Shown here one piece after another: positions 28,664-38,662 of a stretch of 64,000 bases of DNA. Source of the stretch: Candidatus Nomurabacteria bacterium. GTDB taxonomy: Bacteria; Patescibacteriota; Minisyncoccia; Phycocordibacterales; UBA918. The DNA is taken from NCBI GenBank assembly GCA_023898565.1, contig CP060228.1, forward strand, positions 368,594-432,593. The letters run 5' to 3'. Both the position numbers and the translations under genes were made by a program. Numbering within the stretch: the first letter of the stretch is position 1; the number at the start of each line of letters is the position of its first letter. The notes beneath the pieces were generated by a model. The model saw nothing but the letters and a program-made list of their open reading frames with translations. It did no database searches and was not told the DNA's origin.

Positions 28664-29581
28664 TTGATGAACACCCTTGTGGAACTGAAACGTCACTTTT
28701 TGGAGTACCTCGAAATCGAGCGGGGAAGAAGTGTGAAGACGGTTGAGAACTATGATCGCTACCTCGATCGCTTTTTTGCGTTTGCTAAGGTGACCAAACC
28801 AAGTGACCTGACTGAGGAACAGGTGCGTGAGTTTCGTCTTTTCCTTAATCGCCAGCCGGGTACAAAAGTTGGCGGTCGGCGCGAACCCATGAAACGTCGA
28901 ACGCAAAACTATTACCTGATTGCCCTGCGAGCATTTCTAAAGTATCTGCGAAAGCGGGATGTTGAATCGCTCAACCCAGAGCGGATTGAACTTGCAAAAG
29001 TGCCGGAGCGTTCACTCGATCTTATTTCGAGTGCGGAGCTGAAGCGACTGATGTCGGCGCCGGATGTGAAGACGCTCGAAGGGAAACGCGACAAAGCAAT
29101 TCTTGAACTCCTTTTCTCTACTGGTCTTCGTATCTCTGAGCTCTGCTCTCTCTCGATTGATGATGTTGATCTTACGCGTGACGAATTTTCAATTCGTGGT
29201 AAGGGAGACAAAGTGCGAGTGGTGTTTATTTCAGACTCAGCACGAACGGCGCTCCAGGAGTATCTCAAGAATCGAAAGGACATGGATGATGCGATGTTCG
29301 TGCGTTACGGACGAAAGCAAAATGATGGCGGTGATTTGCGTCTCTCGCCGCGCGCAGTGCAGCGACTCTTGAAAAAGTATGCAGCTGCGGCGGGCATCAC
29401 CCGTAAGGTAACGCCGCACGTTATTCGACACAGTTTCGCAACTGATCTTTTGCAAAATGGTGCGGACATCAGAAGTGTGCAAGCGCTGCTTGGACACGCG
29501 AGTATAAATACAACGCAGGTCTACACCCACGTCACTGACAAGCACTTACGAGAAGTGCATAAAAAATTTCACGGGAAGTAA
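28664..29581 (+). CDS. Tyrosine site-specific recombinase XerC/XerD family
   Basis: Conserved R...HxxR...Y catalytic pattern (LRISELCSL, HVIRHSFATDLL, GHASINTTQVYTHV). Confidence 0.85.
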   Translation: MMNTLVELKRHFLEYLEIERGRSVKTVENYDRYLDRFFAFAKVTKPSDLTEEQVREFRLFLNRQPGTKVGGRREPMKRRTQNYYLIALRAFLKYLRKRDVESLNPERIELAKVPERSLDLISSAELKRLMSAPDVKTLEGKRDKAILELLFSTGLRISELCSLSIDDVDLTRDEFSIRGKGDKVRVVFISDSARTALQEYLKNRKDMDDAMFVRYGRKQNDGGDLRLSPRAVQRLLKKYAAAAGITRKVTPHVIRHSFATDLLQNGADIRSVQALLGHASINTTQVYTHVTDKHLREVHKKFHGK

Positions 29582-29586
29582 AAAAA

Positions 29587-29637
29587 TAAAACACATCGGC
29601 CGCGAGCGAAGCTCGCGGCCGATGTGTTTTATTTTTT
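29587..29637. terminator. Bidirectional terminator hairpin containing 29-mer atcggccgcgagcgaagctcgcggccgat
   Basis: Long perfect palindrome with A and T flanks. The 29-nt core is exactly repeated at 30679-30707. Confidence 0.55.
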
Positions 29638-29643
29638 TACTTC

Positions 29644-30633
29644 TTACTTTTGCCAGACTTTCTTTACAAATTTTGTTACTAGTCTGATGACGATAATAAG
29701 TACGAGAAGATAGATGGTAATCCGGATAGTCCAGAGGAGGAAGATACCAAAGACGGTGGTAAGTCCGATCAAGGTGTCAGTTGTTTGATTCTGTAAATCT
29801 TTCCAGGCTTGCTGCCATTTCACTTTCGTTTCGTTCACCTGAATGGTGCTTAGTCGATAGACCGATACTTGGAATTCCACAACATCCATTCGCTCTTCAA
29901 GGTCAGCCGATTGCTGGTAGAGATTATTGAGTTGGGCGGTGAGTGAAATTTTCTGCTGCGTCAGTGTGTTGATGTTTTCAAATTTATAGCGCAGTGCTTC
30001 TGAAAGTGACTTGGCGTCTTTGGTCTCCCTAGCAAACTCGGCTAGCTCATCAAATTGCTGTTCGGCAAGTGTGAGTGATCGACTGACACTTTGTAGTTGA
30101 GCGGAGATAATTGCCGTCTGACTTTCGAGTCGTTGTTTGTGTCTGGTGACTGAAACGGTGTTGCGGGTGTACTCAACTCCAGAAGTTTTGGTGAGTGCTG
30201 CTAGTGTCGCGTCGGTTTTATCAAGTGGTGTGTAGAAGGTGGCGGTACAGCTATTGAGGTTTTCGGTTAGACTCTTGAAGTGAATCTGCGTATCGGTTTT
30301 TAGAGTAATAAGTGTGTCACAGAATGTGTCTAAATCGTTGGTGCGCCCGGTCAGGTTGTAGTTGGTTGTTTCGTATGACTCTAGATCACTGGTGTATCCT
30401 GGAGTACTTGGAATACCTGGAGCGGGATAGTAGTCCCCATCGGCTACTCGATTGTAGGCTATTCCCATTTCTGCCATGTCAGAATCAATCATCATAGTTG
30501 GTGCGTACGAATCACTAAGTCCAGTAGACTTACTTAGTGTGGTGAGCAAAACCATGACAGCAATAAAAATGAGAAAGAGTATTCCCAAGGTGGCGCCGCC
30601 AATTTTTATGTATTTATTTTGAAGCAAGGGCAT
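29644..30633 (-). CDS. DUF4349-like membrane protein (N-terminal TM, coiled-coil middle, C-terminal TM)
   Basis: Architecture and size match DUF4349 family proteins. Confidence 0.5.
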   Translation of the reverse strand: MPLLQNKYIKIGGATLGILFLIFIAVMVLLTTLSKSTGLSDSYAPTMMIDSDMAEMGIAYNRVADGDYYPAPGIPSTPGYTSDLESYETTNYNLTGRTNDLDTFCDTLITLKTDTQIHFKSLTENLNSCTATFYTPLDKTDATLAALTKTSGVEYTRNTVSVTRHKQRLESQTAIISAQLQSVSRSLTLAEQQFDELAEFARETKDAKSLSEALRYKFENINTLTQQKISLTAQLNNLYQQSADLEERMDVVEFQVSVYRLSTIQVNETKVKWQQAWKDLQNQTTDTLIGLTTVFGIFLLWTIRITIYLLVLIIVIRLVTKFVKKVWQK

Positions 30634-30676
30634 GGTGTAATTGTTAGGTGTATATGCGTATAGTGTAGCACTACAT

Positions 30677-30708
30677 AAATCGGCCGCGAGCGAAGCTCGC
30701 GGCCGATT
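30677..30708. repeat. Second copy of the ccgcgagc-gaa-gctcgcgg hairpin (29-nt exact direct repeat of 29595-29623)
   Basis: Exact sequence identity over 29 nt with the hairpin after xer. Confidence 0.55.
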
Positions 30709-30727
30709 TATGTAAAACCAAATTTGG

Positions 30728-31624
30728 CTATTCTTTATACATCTCTAAGACTGCTTCTGTTCCGGCTCGGTTTTTCTCCCACTCAGTACTAGTGCGAGAT
30801 CCAAGTTCTACGGTCACGGCAGGAATGCCGATTGAGGCGAGCCAGCCTTCAGAGTCGCCAGTTACTGGATAGGCATCGAAGGTTGCGACTGCGCCGTACT
30901 TTCCTGCGAGTGCATAGGTATTCATCAGTGTCAGTGTTTCTGGCAAGACGCCATTTTCACACTCTGATGCGTAGACGTTGCCGGCCATGCTGTGCCAGAA
31001 GACGACGGCTCTTGGTTCAATGGTGAGTACATAATCTCGAAGTGCCCTTGCTTCTGGTTCGGAGAAGGCGCTGTCTCCCGCATCAACCACCTTCCCTCGC
31101 CAGGAGCTTTCGGGTGCCCACTTGCAGGCAAAGTTGCGATTAAGGTCTACATCGTTCGCATTGAAGCGACCAGTTCCGCTGGTGTGCATCGCGTTTGAAG
31201 TAATGTTGTCTGCAGTGAATCTTCCCTCAAGTCCGGTGGCGGTAAAGAGTCCGTCAGGATTGAGGTTTGGAATGACGTGTACAGTCACGTTTTCTGGAAT
31301 TATTTCTGGATGACTGCGCAGATAGTCCATCATTTCATACGCAAGTAGAATGCTGTTCCACTCGTACCCTCCGTGGATACCGCCGACAAAGAGCAATGAG
31401 ACGTCTCCGGTCCCGAAGGTATAAGCCTCGATATCTCGTTGTTCAACTGATTGGCCGATGACTGCTTCGGTAGTGGTTGGTGTGTCTGTTTCCTCGAAAA
31501 TCACCGGCGGTAATTCAGCAGGCTCATCCGGCTCAGTTGGCGCCGGATGATTGGTGAGGAAGAGGAACACGCTGCCTGCAATCAGTAAGAATCCAACCAG
31601 CCAGAGAACACGTTTGAAAGGCAT
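30728..31624 (-). CDS. M14-family zinc carboxypeptidase (gamma-D-glutamyl-diaminopimelate peptidase-like), secreted
   Basis: Signal peptide, HGGYEWNS zinc ligand region, NPDG and DLNRNF motifs. Confidence 0.7.
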   Translation of the reverse strand: MPFKRVLWLVGFLLIAGSVFLFLTNHPAPTEPDEPAELPPVIFEETDTPTTTEAVIGQSVEQRDIEAYTFGTGDVSLLFVGGIHGGYEWNSILLAYEMMDYLRSHPEIIPENVTVHVIPNLNPDGLFTATGLEGRFTADNITSNAMHTSGTGRFNANDVDLNRNFACKWAPESSWRGKVVDAGDSAFSEPEARALRDYVLTIEPRAVVFWHSMAGNVYASECENGVLPETLTLMNTYALAGKYGAVATFDAYPVTGDSEGWLASIGIPAVTVELGSRTSTEWEKNRAGTEAVLEMYKE

Positions 31625-32511
31625 TACTCAGCGTATGCGTTAAGAATCGCTTGCACTCCGGCTAAGTTTTTTTCAAACTCTGAGCCTTCGTGTGTGGTGA
31701 GCAGCACGCTAATTGCTGGGATACCTTGCTTTGCCATCCAGTTCACCATATCGCCAGTGATGGCATACGCATCGAATTCTGCTTCAGCTGGGTAGCCTGC
31801 AGCACTCGCAAAAGTTGCGGCGAGAGTTACGGATGCCTTGCTTGGGGTACCCTCACAAGCTGATGGATAGACTTTTCCTTCAGCGCCAAACCATACCACG
31901 GCAGCAGCGGGGTCGTATGTGTTTACATAGTCACGCAGCGCAGCTGCTTCTGGTTCTGAGAAAGGTGCTGTTCCGCCACTTACTTCGCGGTTTTGCCACA
32001 CGCCAGTTGCACTCCAGTCGCAATCGAAGTTTCGATTCAAATCAACGTTATTTGCATTGAAGCGGCCGGCTGCACCACTCTTGGTTGCGCCGTCTGAGTT
32101 GAGGTTGGGAATAATAGTGAGAGTAAGATTACTTGGAATTTCAGATTCGTGAGTGCCGTAGTACGCCATTAGTTCGCTGGCGAGTTTGGCAGTGCTCGGT
32201 GAGTAGCCGCCGTGTACACCACCGACTAAGAGGATTTCCTTTTCGCCTTCTCCAAAGTGGTGAGCGATGATTTCGCTCCCGGACACTGAAGCACCGATAA
32301 GTGTGGTGTTACCACGTTCGGCCTGCTCAACTTCTGAAAGAGGTTCGGCCCCGTCGCCAATACCACCATCTGGTTCAACTGGTAACACGTCAACAGGCGC
32401 GTCGTCGATGTTTGGATTAGTCGCCTCTTCTTTATTGCTAAGGGTTAGCATTGCCACTGCGCCAATGAGCGCCAATACTAGTACGGTAATTACGATATTT
32501 TTTGCTTGCAT
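31624..32511 (-). CDS. M14-family zinc carboxypeptidase, tandem paralog
   Basis: Same motif set (VHGGYSPSTA, NSDG, DLNRNF) and colinear with the upstream paralog. Confidence 0.7.
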   Translation of the reverse strand: MQAKNIVITVLVLALIGAVAMLTLSNKEEATNPNIDDAPVDVLPVEPDGGIGDGAEPLSEVEQAERGNTTLIGASVSGSEIIAHHFGEGEKEILLVGGVHGGYSPSTAKLASELMAYYGTHESEIPSNLTLTIIPNLNSDGATKSGAAGRFNANNVDLNRNFDCDWSATGVWQNREVSGGTAPFSEPEAAALRDYVNTYDPAAAVVWFGAEGKVYPSACEGTPSKASVTLAATFASAAGYPAEAEFDAYAITGDMVNWMAKQGIPAISVLLTTHEGSEFEKNLAGVQAILNAYAE

Positions 32512-32618
32512 ACATATATATTGTATGTCAGACCAGAGCGGTTGGCCAATCTGGCTATGTATAAGGGTAAAAAGCCGCGGCCCCTTCGGGGCCGCGGCTT
32601 TTTACCAAACTACCAGTA

Positions 32619-35054
32619 TTAACCGATGGATAGCTCAGCTTCACTAAAATCAGCTTTTGTGAGCGAGATGGTGCCACCCTTCTGGACCTGTCCCGCAATA
32701 ATTTTTTGTGCCACTTTTTCTTCCACCAAGTCTTGCAGTACGCGTTGCATTGGTCTGGCACCAAACTCAGGACTGTATCCTTTTTGTACCAACACTTCGA
32801 GCAGTTCCTCCCCCACCTGGAGATCGTACCCCCGGTCTTTAATTCGTTCATACAAACCACTGAGCATGAGTGTGGCGACATCAGTTTGTTCTTCAATGGT
32901 GAGGGGTTCAAAGATGATGGTGTTGTCGAACCGGTTGATGAGCTCAGGTCGGTAGATACCTTCTTTGACAATATGATCAATAATTTCTTGCGCGAGCGTA
33001 TTGACCGCTTGACGCTGTTGTACGGTTCGTAAAATCAAACTGCTACCAGCATTTGAGGTGGCGATTACAATGGTATTTCGTGCGTTAACCTTAGTACCTC
33101 GTGCGTCGGTAAACATTCCTTCATCGAGAATCTGGAGAAATAAATCGTGGACTGGCCTAGTTGCTTTTTCAAACTCATCAACGAGTAGTACGCAGTATGG
33201 GTGTTCTCGAAGCATGTTGGGGAGGACTCCAGGCTCCTCTCCGTTGCCGATAAGTCGTTCTAGTGCGTCAGCACCACTGTATTCAGACATATCCAGTCGC
33301 TGTAATTTGTCTTCCCCCCCGAAGAAAACCTTTGCGAGAGCTTTGGCTGTTTCTGTCTTGCCGACTCCAGTTGGCCCTAGGAATAAGAACGAGCCAACGG
33401 GCTTATCGGCTGACTGTATACCGGCTCGCGCACGGCGCATGGTACGCGCGATAGCGTTTAGTGCGGCTTGTTGCCCGATAACTTGCTGGTGTAAACGGTC
33501 TTCAAGATGAAGGAGGAGGTCTCGCTCAGTATCACCAATGGCGCCAGTGGGTGCGCCTGTTTTTTCGCTCACGACTTGATGCACAAAATCCTCGGTAATA
33601 ATTTGTACGCCATCTTGCTGGGCTTTCGTGGCTACGTCGATTAAAAGCTCAATTGCTTTGTCCGGCATCGCTCCCTCGACAATAAATCTATCGGCCGCGG
33701 TCGTTACTGAGTGCAGTCCAGCATAGGTGAACATCACTTTATACTTATTCTCGTTGTAGAGGGCGACATTTTGTAATACGCGAGTGGTGGCAGTCAGGTC
33801 GGGAGTATCAATGAGTACTTCGGCAAACCGTCGTGAGAAGGCACCTAGTCGTTCGAGGTGTAGGTGGTAATTACCAGGTGTCTCGGTGGCGATGAACTGC
33901 AAGAGTGGTGACGCTAGATATTCATCAAGTAGTTCTGGAATAAAAACCCCCAGCGCTTCTGCTTCACGAATAAAGTTGCTGATATTTTCAATAACAATGA
34001 TGGTGTTTCCGGCTACGAGTGCCTCGTCAAACATTTTAATGAGGGTTAGTTCTAAGTCTTGCTTTTCGCTATGAACTGCAAAAATCATCCCAGTGTCGAG
34101 CACAACGATCTGTTTGCCAGCAATTGCATCAAGCGACTTTCCTGTAGCCATGCGCTTGGAAACTTCCATTACTAGGTCAATTTTACCGACTCCGGCTTCG
34201 CCAATAAGCAAAACGTTTGATGCTTTGGCGCGAGCGAGTGAGTGTTCTATCTCACTTACTTTTTCTTCAGCAAACGGTGTGTTGACTGCCAAGGTAGAAA
34301 AAACAGCACTAGTGCGAATGTCTCGGGAAAATTTTTGCAGTAAGTATGCGGTGCCGTATGCCCACTCTCGCCCGATGCCTGTAGTCCGTGAAAGGTTGTC
34401 CTTGCTCCACCAACGTTTAACTCGTTTTTCTTGATGATATGCTCCAATCATCCAACGAAGTGCACCATGGAATGTTTCTTCGGTAATGCCTGCGTTCTTG
34501 ATCATGTCACGAAAGCCAACATCGTGCGCAAGCAGGTGTTTTCCAAGTCCAATCAAACTAAAAATTTCTTTTTCAGGCAACATGACCATATTGGCGCTGA
34601 TTTTTTGTCGAGAGCCGCGAATAAATTCAGCGACTGTTTCAAGCGAGACACCCGCACGTAACAGAACCAATGAACCGAGATTGCTCATACAAAAAGCTAA
34701 CGTTACGTCATCTCGATACTTCAGTACGGCTTCAGCCACATCGTAGGTTGCTCCCGCGATAGGTTCTTCATCCAGTCCAATGAGAGAATTTAGTCCTTGA
34801 AAATAGTAGCTGTTATGATAACCATACGTCAGCATTTGCTCGAGCCAAACAGCACCAAATAGTAGCGACATACCAAGGAGTTGGTTGTAGTACTCTCCAC
34901 CTAAAAAATATGAGCTCGCTAGTGCGCCACCGCCACAAAGTGCTGCTCCTGTAAAACTTCCGATGCGTAGAAGTGACAGCGTCGATCGGTCAAATAGTTT
35001 GGTGAGTCGAATGGCCGGTGCGTATTGGTTGATGCTATCGTCAAGCGTATTCAT
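32619..35054 (-). CDS. Clp/Hsp100-family double AAA+ ATPase (ClpB-like, no obvious middle domain or IGF loop) with degenerate D1 nucleotide-binding motifs
   Basis: D2 is intact (GPTGVGKTE Walker A, LLVDEFEKA Walker B). D1 has GEAGVGKID in place of GxxGxGKT and IIVIENIS in place of hhhhDE. The N-terminal ~110 aa extension has a hydrophobic stretch before Clp_N-like repeats. Confidence 0.75.
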   Translation of the reverse strand: MNTLDDSINQYAPAIRLTKLFDRSTLSLLRIGSFTGAALCGGGALASSYFLGGEYYNQLLGMSLLFGAVWLEQMLTYGYHNSYYFQGLNSLIGLDEEPIAGATYDVAEAVLKYRDDVTLAFCMSNLGSLVLLRAGVSLETVAEFIRGSRQKISANMVMLPEKEIFSLIGLGKHLLAHDVGFRDMIKNAGITEETFHGALRWMIGAYHQEKRVKRWWSKDNLSRTTGIGREWAYGTAYLLQKFSRDIRTSAVFSTLAVNTPFAEEKVSEIEHSLARAKASNVLLIGEAGVGKIDLVMEVSKRMATGKSLDAIAGKQIVVLDTGMIFAVHSEKQDLELTLIKMFDEALVAGNTIIVIENISNFIREAEALGVFIPELLDEYLASPLLQFIATETPGNYHLHLERLGAFSRRFAEVLIDTPDLTATTRVLQNVALYNENKYKVMFTYAGLHSVTTAADRFIVEGAMPDKAIELLIDVATKAQQDGVQIITEDFVHQVVSEKTGAPTGAIGDTERDLLLHLEDRLHQQVIGQQAALNAIARTMRRARAGIQSADKPVGSFLFLGPTGVGKTETAKALAKVFFGGEDKLQRLDMSEYSGADALERLIGNGEEPGVLPNMLREHPYCVLLVDEFEKATRPVHDLFLQILDEGMFTDARGTKVNARNTIVIATSNAGSSLILRTVQQRQAVNTLAQEIIDHIVKEGIYRPELINRFDNTIIFEPLTIEEQTDVATLMLSGLYERIKDRGYDLQVGEELLEVLVQKGYSPEFGARPMQRVLQDLVEEKVAQKIIAGQVQKGGTISLTKADFSEAELSIG

Positions 35055-35055
35055 A

Positions 35056-35511
35056 TTATTGTGTGATTAAGATACCGAGGCCGAAAGTAAATAGAGCGAT
35101 AATAGCGAGTGGCGCTACAATCCAAAAGAGGTACAAGACAAAACCACTTACAATGCAAGCAAGTAAGCAAGTAGTTCCGATGATGATGAGTGCTGTGCGC
35201 AGTATAAATCCAATTAGGCGAGAAATGATGCCAATAACGATGTATCCAGCCAGGTCTTCTAAGTTCCACCTGTTTCCACGCGGTTCGATAATTCGTTTCC
35301 ATGGTGAAATCCAGGTACGAACGAGCTGTGGTAGTGAAAAAAAGTGCACGACAAACCATAACAGATTGAGCCAGACGTGAAAAATTTCCAAAAAAGCGCG
35401 TGAGTAGTGCCATAACAAATAGTGATGCACTATAGAAAGAAAGAGCATGGTACCTATAGTATAGCAGTAAAAAATTTGGCCGTGCGCCGCAAGGTGTTGA
35501 GGGATACACAA
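35056..35511 (-). CDS. Hypothetical polytopic membrane protein
   Basis: Strongly hydrophobic 151 aa ORF. The overlapping 168 aa ORF in another frame looks non-protein-like. Confidence 0.3.
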   Translation of the reverse strand: MCIPQHLAAHGQIFYCYTIGTMLFLSIVHHYLLWHYSRAFLEIFHVWLNLLWFVVHFFSLPQLVRTWISPWKRIIEPRGNRWNLEDLAGYIVIGIISRLIGFILRTALIIIGTTCLLACIVSGFVLYLFWIVAPLAIIALFTFGLGILITQ

Positions 35512-35537
35512 ATCGGTGTATACTGCGCAGAGAAAGA

Positions 35538-35852
35538 TTGATGGAGGTTCTCGCCATGAGTAATCATTTGTCTGGTACTATCACAGTGCATGATCTAAAT
35601 GATGTTACTGTGCGTTTTTCTTTTGGTCGCGGCTATATTTATTTGCCTGGAGAACTAACGCTGTCTGATCGTCTCCTTCGGGCGGCCGCCCATTTGATTG
35701 CGGATGAAATCGGGTTGACGGTAGTGTGGCAGGATATGTCTGGGTGCAAGCACCATGTATTTCCACACGACAGCATCGACAAGAGTTTTCTGGATGCGTC
35801 AGTTGATCCGCGTAATCATCACGGAATAGGTCTGGAACAGCCGCTGTGCTGA
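35538..35852 (+). CDS. Hypothetical protein
   Basis: 104 aa ORF followed by the hairpin terminator at 35862-35885. No recognisable motifs. Confidence 0.3.
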   Translation: MMEVLAMSNHLSGTITVHDLNDVTVRFSFGRGYIYLPGELTLSDRLLRAAAHLIADEIGLTVVWQDMSGCKHHVFPHDSIDKSFLDASVDPRNHHGIGLEQPLC

Positions 35853-35899
35853 TATATAAAAACACCCCGTGTAAACGGGGTGTTTTCAAGTGCGGTTAT

Positions 35900-36100
35900 T
35901 TACGCAGCCTTTCGTACGTTTGTCGCAGCAGGACCCTTAGGACCTTCTTCAACATCGAATGTAACAGCGTCACCTTCGTTAAGCTCGTCGAAAGTTACGT
36001 CTACTACCGCTGAAGCGTGAAAGAAAACATCCTTCTCACCCGCTTCTGGCTTGATGAACCCGTAACCTTCTGTGCGCTTGCGTACAACTGAACCCTTCAT
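35900..36100 (-). CDS. Cold-shock protein (CspA family)
   Basis: GYGFIKP ... VFFHASAV RNP-like motifs of the cold-shock domain. Confidence 0.85.
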   Translation of the reverse strand: MKGSVVRKRTEGYGFIKPEAGEKDVFFHASAVVDVTFDELNEGDAVTFDVEEGPKGPAATNVRKAA

Positions 36101-36320
36101 ATATATGTATGATTTATTTTTCTAACCAAAACTTCACTGCACCTGATCTTCTGCACTTCAAGAGGAGCTTCGTTTCGTAATTGCATTAAAGCACAGCGGT
36201 GAAGAAACGCAAGGGGGTGTGTGCCCCCAAAAGACCGGCCGCGAAGCGGCCGGTCTTTTGGGGTCATTCTTTCCCTCGATTATCTCTCACATAGGTCGCA
36301 AAGCAAAAAATGAATTAGTG

Positions 36321-36404
36321 TGCTGGAGAGAGGACTTGAACCTCCACGAGATTACTCCCACTACGACCTGAACGTAGCGCGTCTACCAATTTCGCCACTC
36401 CAGC
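36321..36404 (-). tRNA. tRNA-Leu (anticodon CAG), class II with long variable arm; CCA not encoded
   Basis: Manual fold: acceptor GCTGGAG/CTCCAGC, anticodon stem CTACG/CGTAG with loop TTCAGGT, long variable arm, T-loop TTCAAGT. Confidence 0.8.
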
Positions 36405-36431
36405 AAGGACGTTTCGTATTTAAGCACAGAT

Positions 36432-37181
36432 TTATAATTTCCGCAGCACCACATTTGGCGTTGCTCCGTATGGATCTGGCCAAAATTCAAGAGATGTCCA
36501 CCTGGTATTTTTAACTAGCTTTTGTATAACCTCCTCAGTGTCTATGTCTGATTCCATGTAGAGAGTGCCGCCCGGCAGTAAGAAGTCCCATGCTTGTTCA
36601 ATCAAAATACGGTGAAATTCATGACCATTCTCGTGTGCAAAAAAGGCCAAGTGCGGTTCGTAGTCAATCATTTCTTTGTCTAGTTCAGGCAAGGCTTCGT
36701 ATGGCACGTATGGAGGAATGGCGAAAATGGCGTTATATTTTCCCGTCAATCCGTCAAGATTGCTGGCAGTAATTAGATTGACACGCTCTGATGAGATGTT
36801 GTTTCGCTCCAAACTTAGCGCTTGTTGGCGCTTTAATGCGGGGTCAATGTCACAGATATCTACCGTACAGTTTGACAAGTTGTGCAGCAGAGCGATGCCG
36901 GCATTGCCCGAGCCTGCGTACACATCGGCTAGTCTAAGACTCTCTTCCCTATGGCTGAGTTCCTCAATCGCTCGCTTAATCCAAAACGCGCTTTCTGGCC
37001 GTGGAATCATTGGTTTTAACGAAAGGTCGATGACAGCTCCTATAAATTCAGTGTGCCCAAGCACATATTCATACGGCTCTCCCGCTTCGAGCCGTGCTTT
37101 ATCATGCAAAAACGCCTCGGTTTCAAGGCCGTGATACTTCTCTGTCAGTAATTTTACCTGCAACAGTTCCAAGTGAGACAT
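36432..37181 (-). CDS. prmC: HemK/PrmC-family protein-(glutamine-N5) methyltransferase-like protein
   Basis: N-terminal GEPYEYVLGHTEFIGAVIDLS ... IPRPESAF pattern of PrmC, and SAM motif VYAGSGNAGIAL. The motif IV is IPPY rather than NPPY. Confidence 0.55.
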   Translation of the reverse strand: MSHLELLQVKLLTEKYHGLETEAFLHDKARLEAGEPYEYVLGHTEFIGAVIDLSLKPMIPRPESAFWIKRAIEELSHREESLRLADVYAGSGNAGIALLHNLSNCTVDICDIDPALKRQQALSLERNNISSERVNLITASNLDGLTGKYNAIFAIPPYVPYEALPELDKEMIDYEPHLAFFAHENGHEFHRILIEQAWDFLLPGGTLYMESDIDTEEVIQKLVKNTRWTSLEFWPDPYGATPNVVLRKL

Positions 37182-37406
37182 ATATAATTCGGTATATTCG
37201 CATACTGTGCCTTAATTGCAAACGTTGATGAGTAAGATGAGGTGTGGATGTTCCAAGCAGTTTGATCTTTGGAGTTTCTAATGAAACCGTTTCCCTGGGC
37301 ACTGACTTATTCGGGGTAAATACTTTCATGTTTCCGGTAAATATCGGCATTGCGTGGATTCTCTCGCGAGTTTCATATTTAAGCATAGATACAGTAGACT
37401 AGGCTT

Positions 37407-38207
37407 ATGAAAATCTACTCATGGAACATGAACGGCATTCGTGCTGTGCAGAAAAAAGGTTTATTAGAGCCATTTATTGCTAAACACCAGCCAGACGTGC
37501 TCTGTATTCAAGAAACTAAAGCTAGCCAAGATCAAATTGATGTTGATTTAGACGAGTATGAAGAATACTGGTGTTCTGCAGAGCGCAAGGGTTACTCTGG
37601 GACTGCTATTTTTACCAAGCATGCTCCAAGCGATGTAATCATTGGGCTACCTAAAGAGATTGCAGATAAATATGAGCTTGTAGATGAGTATGGTGACACG
37701 ACAAAGGAGGGACGGGTAATTACAGCCGAGTTTGACGCGTTTTACATCAGCACTGTTTATACTCCGAACGCTAAAGACGACCTCTCGCGTATCCCTATGC
37801 GTCAGCAGTGGGATCCTGCCTATCTCGAGTACATGGATAGATTACAGCAGAAGAAGCCCGTTATATTCTGCGGCGACTTCAATGTAGCGCACAAGGAGAT
37901 TGATCTCGCTAGACCAAAGCCGAACATTGGGAAGAAAGGATTCACTAATGAAGAACGAGCTGGTTTTGATGAAATGATTAAGAAAGGTTTCGTTGATACT
38001 CTTCGGCACTTACATCCAGACACCCCTAACCTGTACACTTGGTGGAGTCATTTTGGCGCAGCTCGTGAACGTAATGTTGGGTGGCGTATTGACTACGTAA
38101 TGGTGAGTGAGGCTTTGACATCAATTTTAAAAAGCGCAAGGATTCACCCTGATGTGCTCGGTAGTGACCACTGCCCAGTTTCAATTGAGCTAACAATAGA
38201 GCCATAA
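37407..38207 (+). CDS. xth: Exodeoxyribonuclease III (AP endonuclease, Xth family)
   Basis: MKIYSWNMNGIRA ... QETK ... GDFNVAH ... SDHCPV, all canonical ExoIII motifs. Confidence 0.9.
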   Translation: MKIYSWNMNGIRAVQKKGLLEPFIAKHQPDVLCIQETKASQDQIDVDLDEYEEYWCSAERKGYSGTAIFTKHAPSDVIIGLPKEIADKYELVDEYGDTTKEGRVITAEFDAFYISTVYTPNAKDDLSRIPMRQQWDPAYLEYMDRLQQKKPVIFCGDFNVAHKEIDLARPKPNIGKKGFTNEERAGFDEMIKKGFVDTLRHLHPDTPNLYTWWSHFGAARERNVGWRIDYVMVSEALTSILKSARIHPDVLGSDHCPVSIELTIEP

Positions 38208-38662
38208 ATTACTGATCTTACGGAATGATTACAACAACACGAAACACAATTTAGTCAAATTATTCTATAAAGGACAAGTTATCCCCACATATACACAACA
38301 GTGTCCTTTACCTTGTCTTTTATAGGATGTATATTATTGGCAGGCCCAGAGAGGGCGAGCAGGACCTTCCAGAGAGTTGAGCGGAATTAAGTTTCTGACC
38401 AGCTCCCTGGAAGAATCCCCTTAAAGAGATCTTCCAAAACCAACAAATGAGTATTACCTCCAAGAGCCTAAAAGCTCTTTACTCAAAACGTTCATAACAT
38501 CCCACCCTATTAGAGAGAGTACAGACATTGCAACTCTACAGACGCAAAGTCAAAAAACGTACATCTCTCAGTACAACATAGAGCTTCGGAATTGGTTAGC
38601 TTCATAGATAAGCGCCATCTTGGATTACCATAATCCTCCAAAACAAAAGCTCATTTTACACA

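Noticed and set aside
32555-32980. 141 aa minus-strand ORF overlapping the 3' end of the Clp ATPase gene
   Set aside because: It lies in a different frame, wholly inside or overlapping a well-supported 811 aa gene. Low-complexity translation with no RBS.
35051-35557. 168 aa minus-strand ORF overlapping the 151 aa membrane-protein ORF
   Set aside because: The translation is His/Arg/Tyr-rich and non-protein-like. The alternative frame gives a clean multi-TM protein, so only one frame is plausibly coding.
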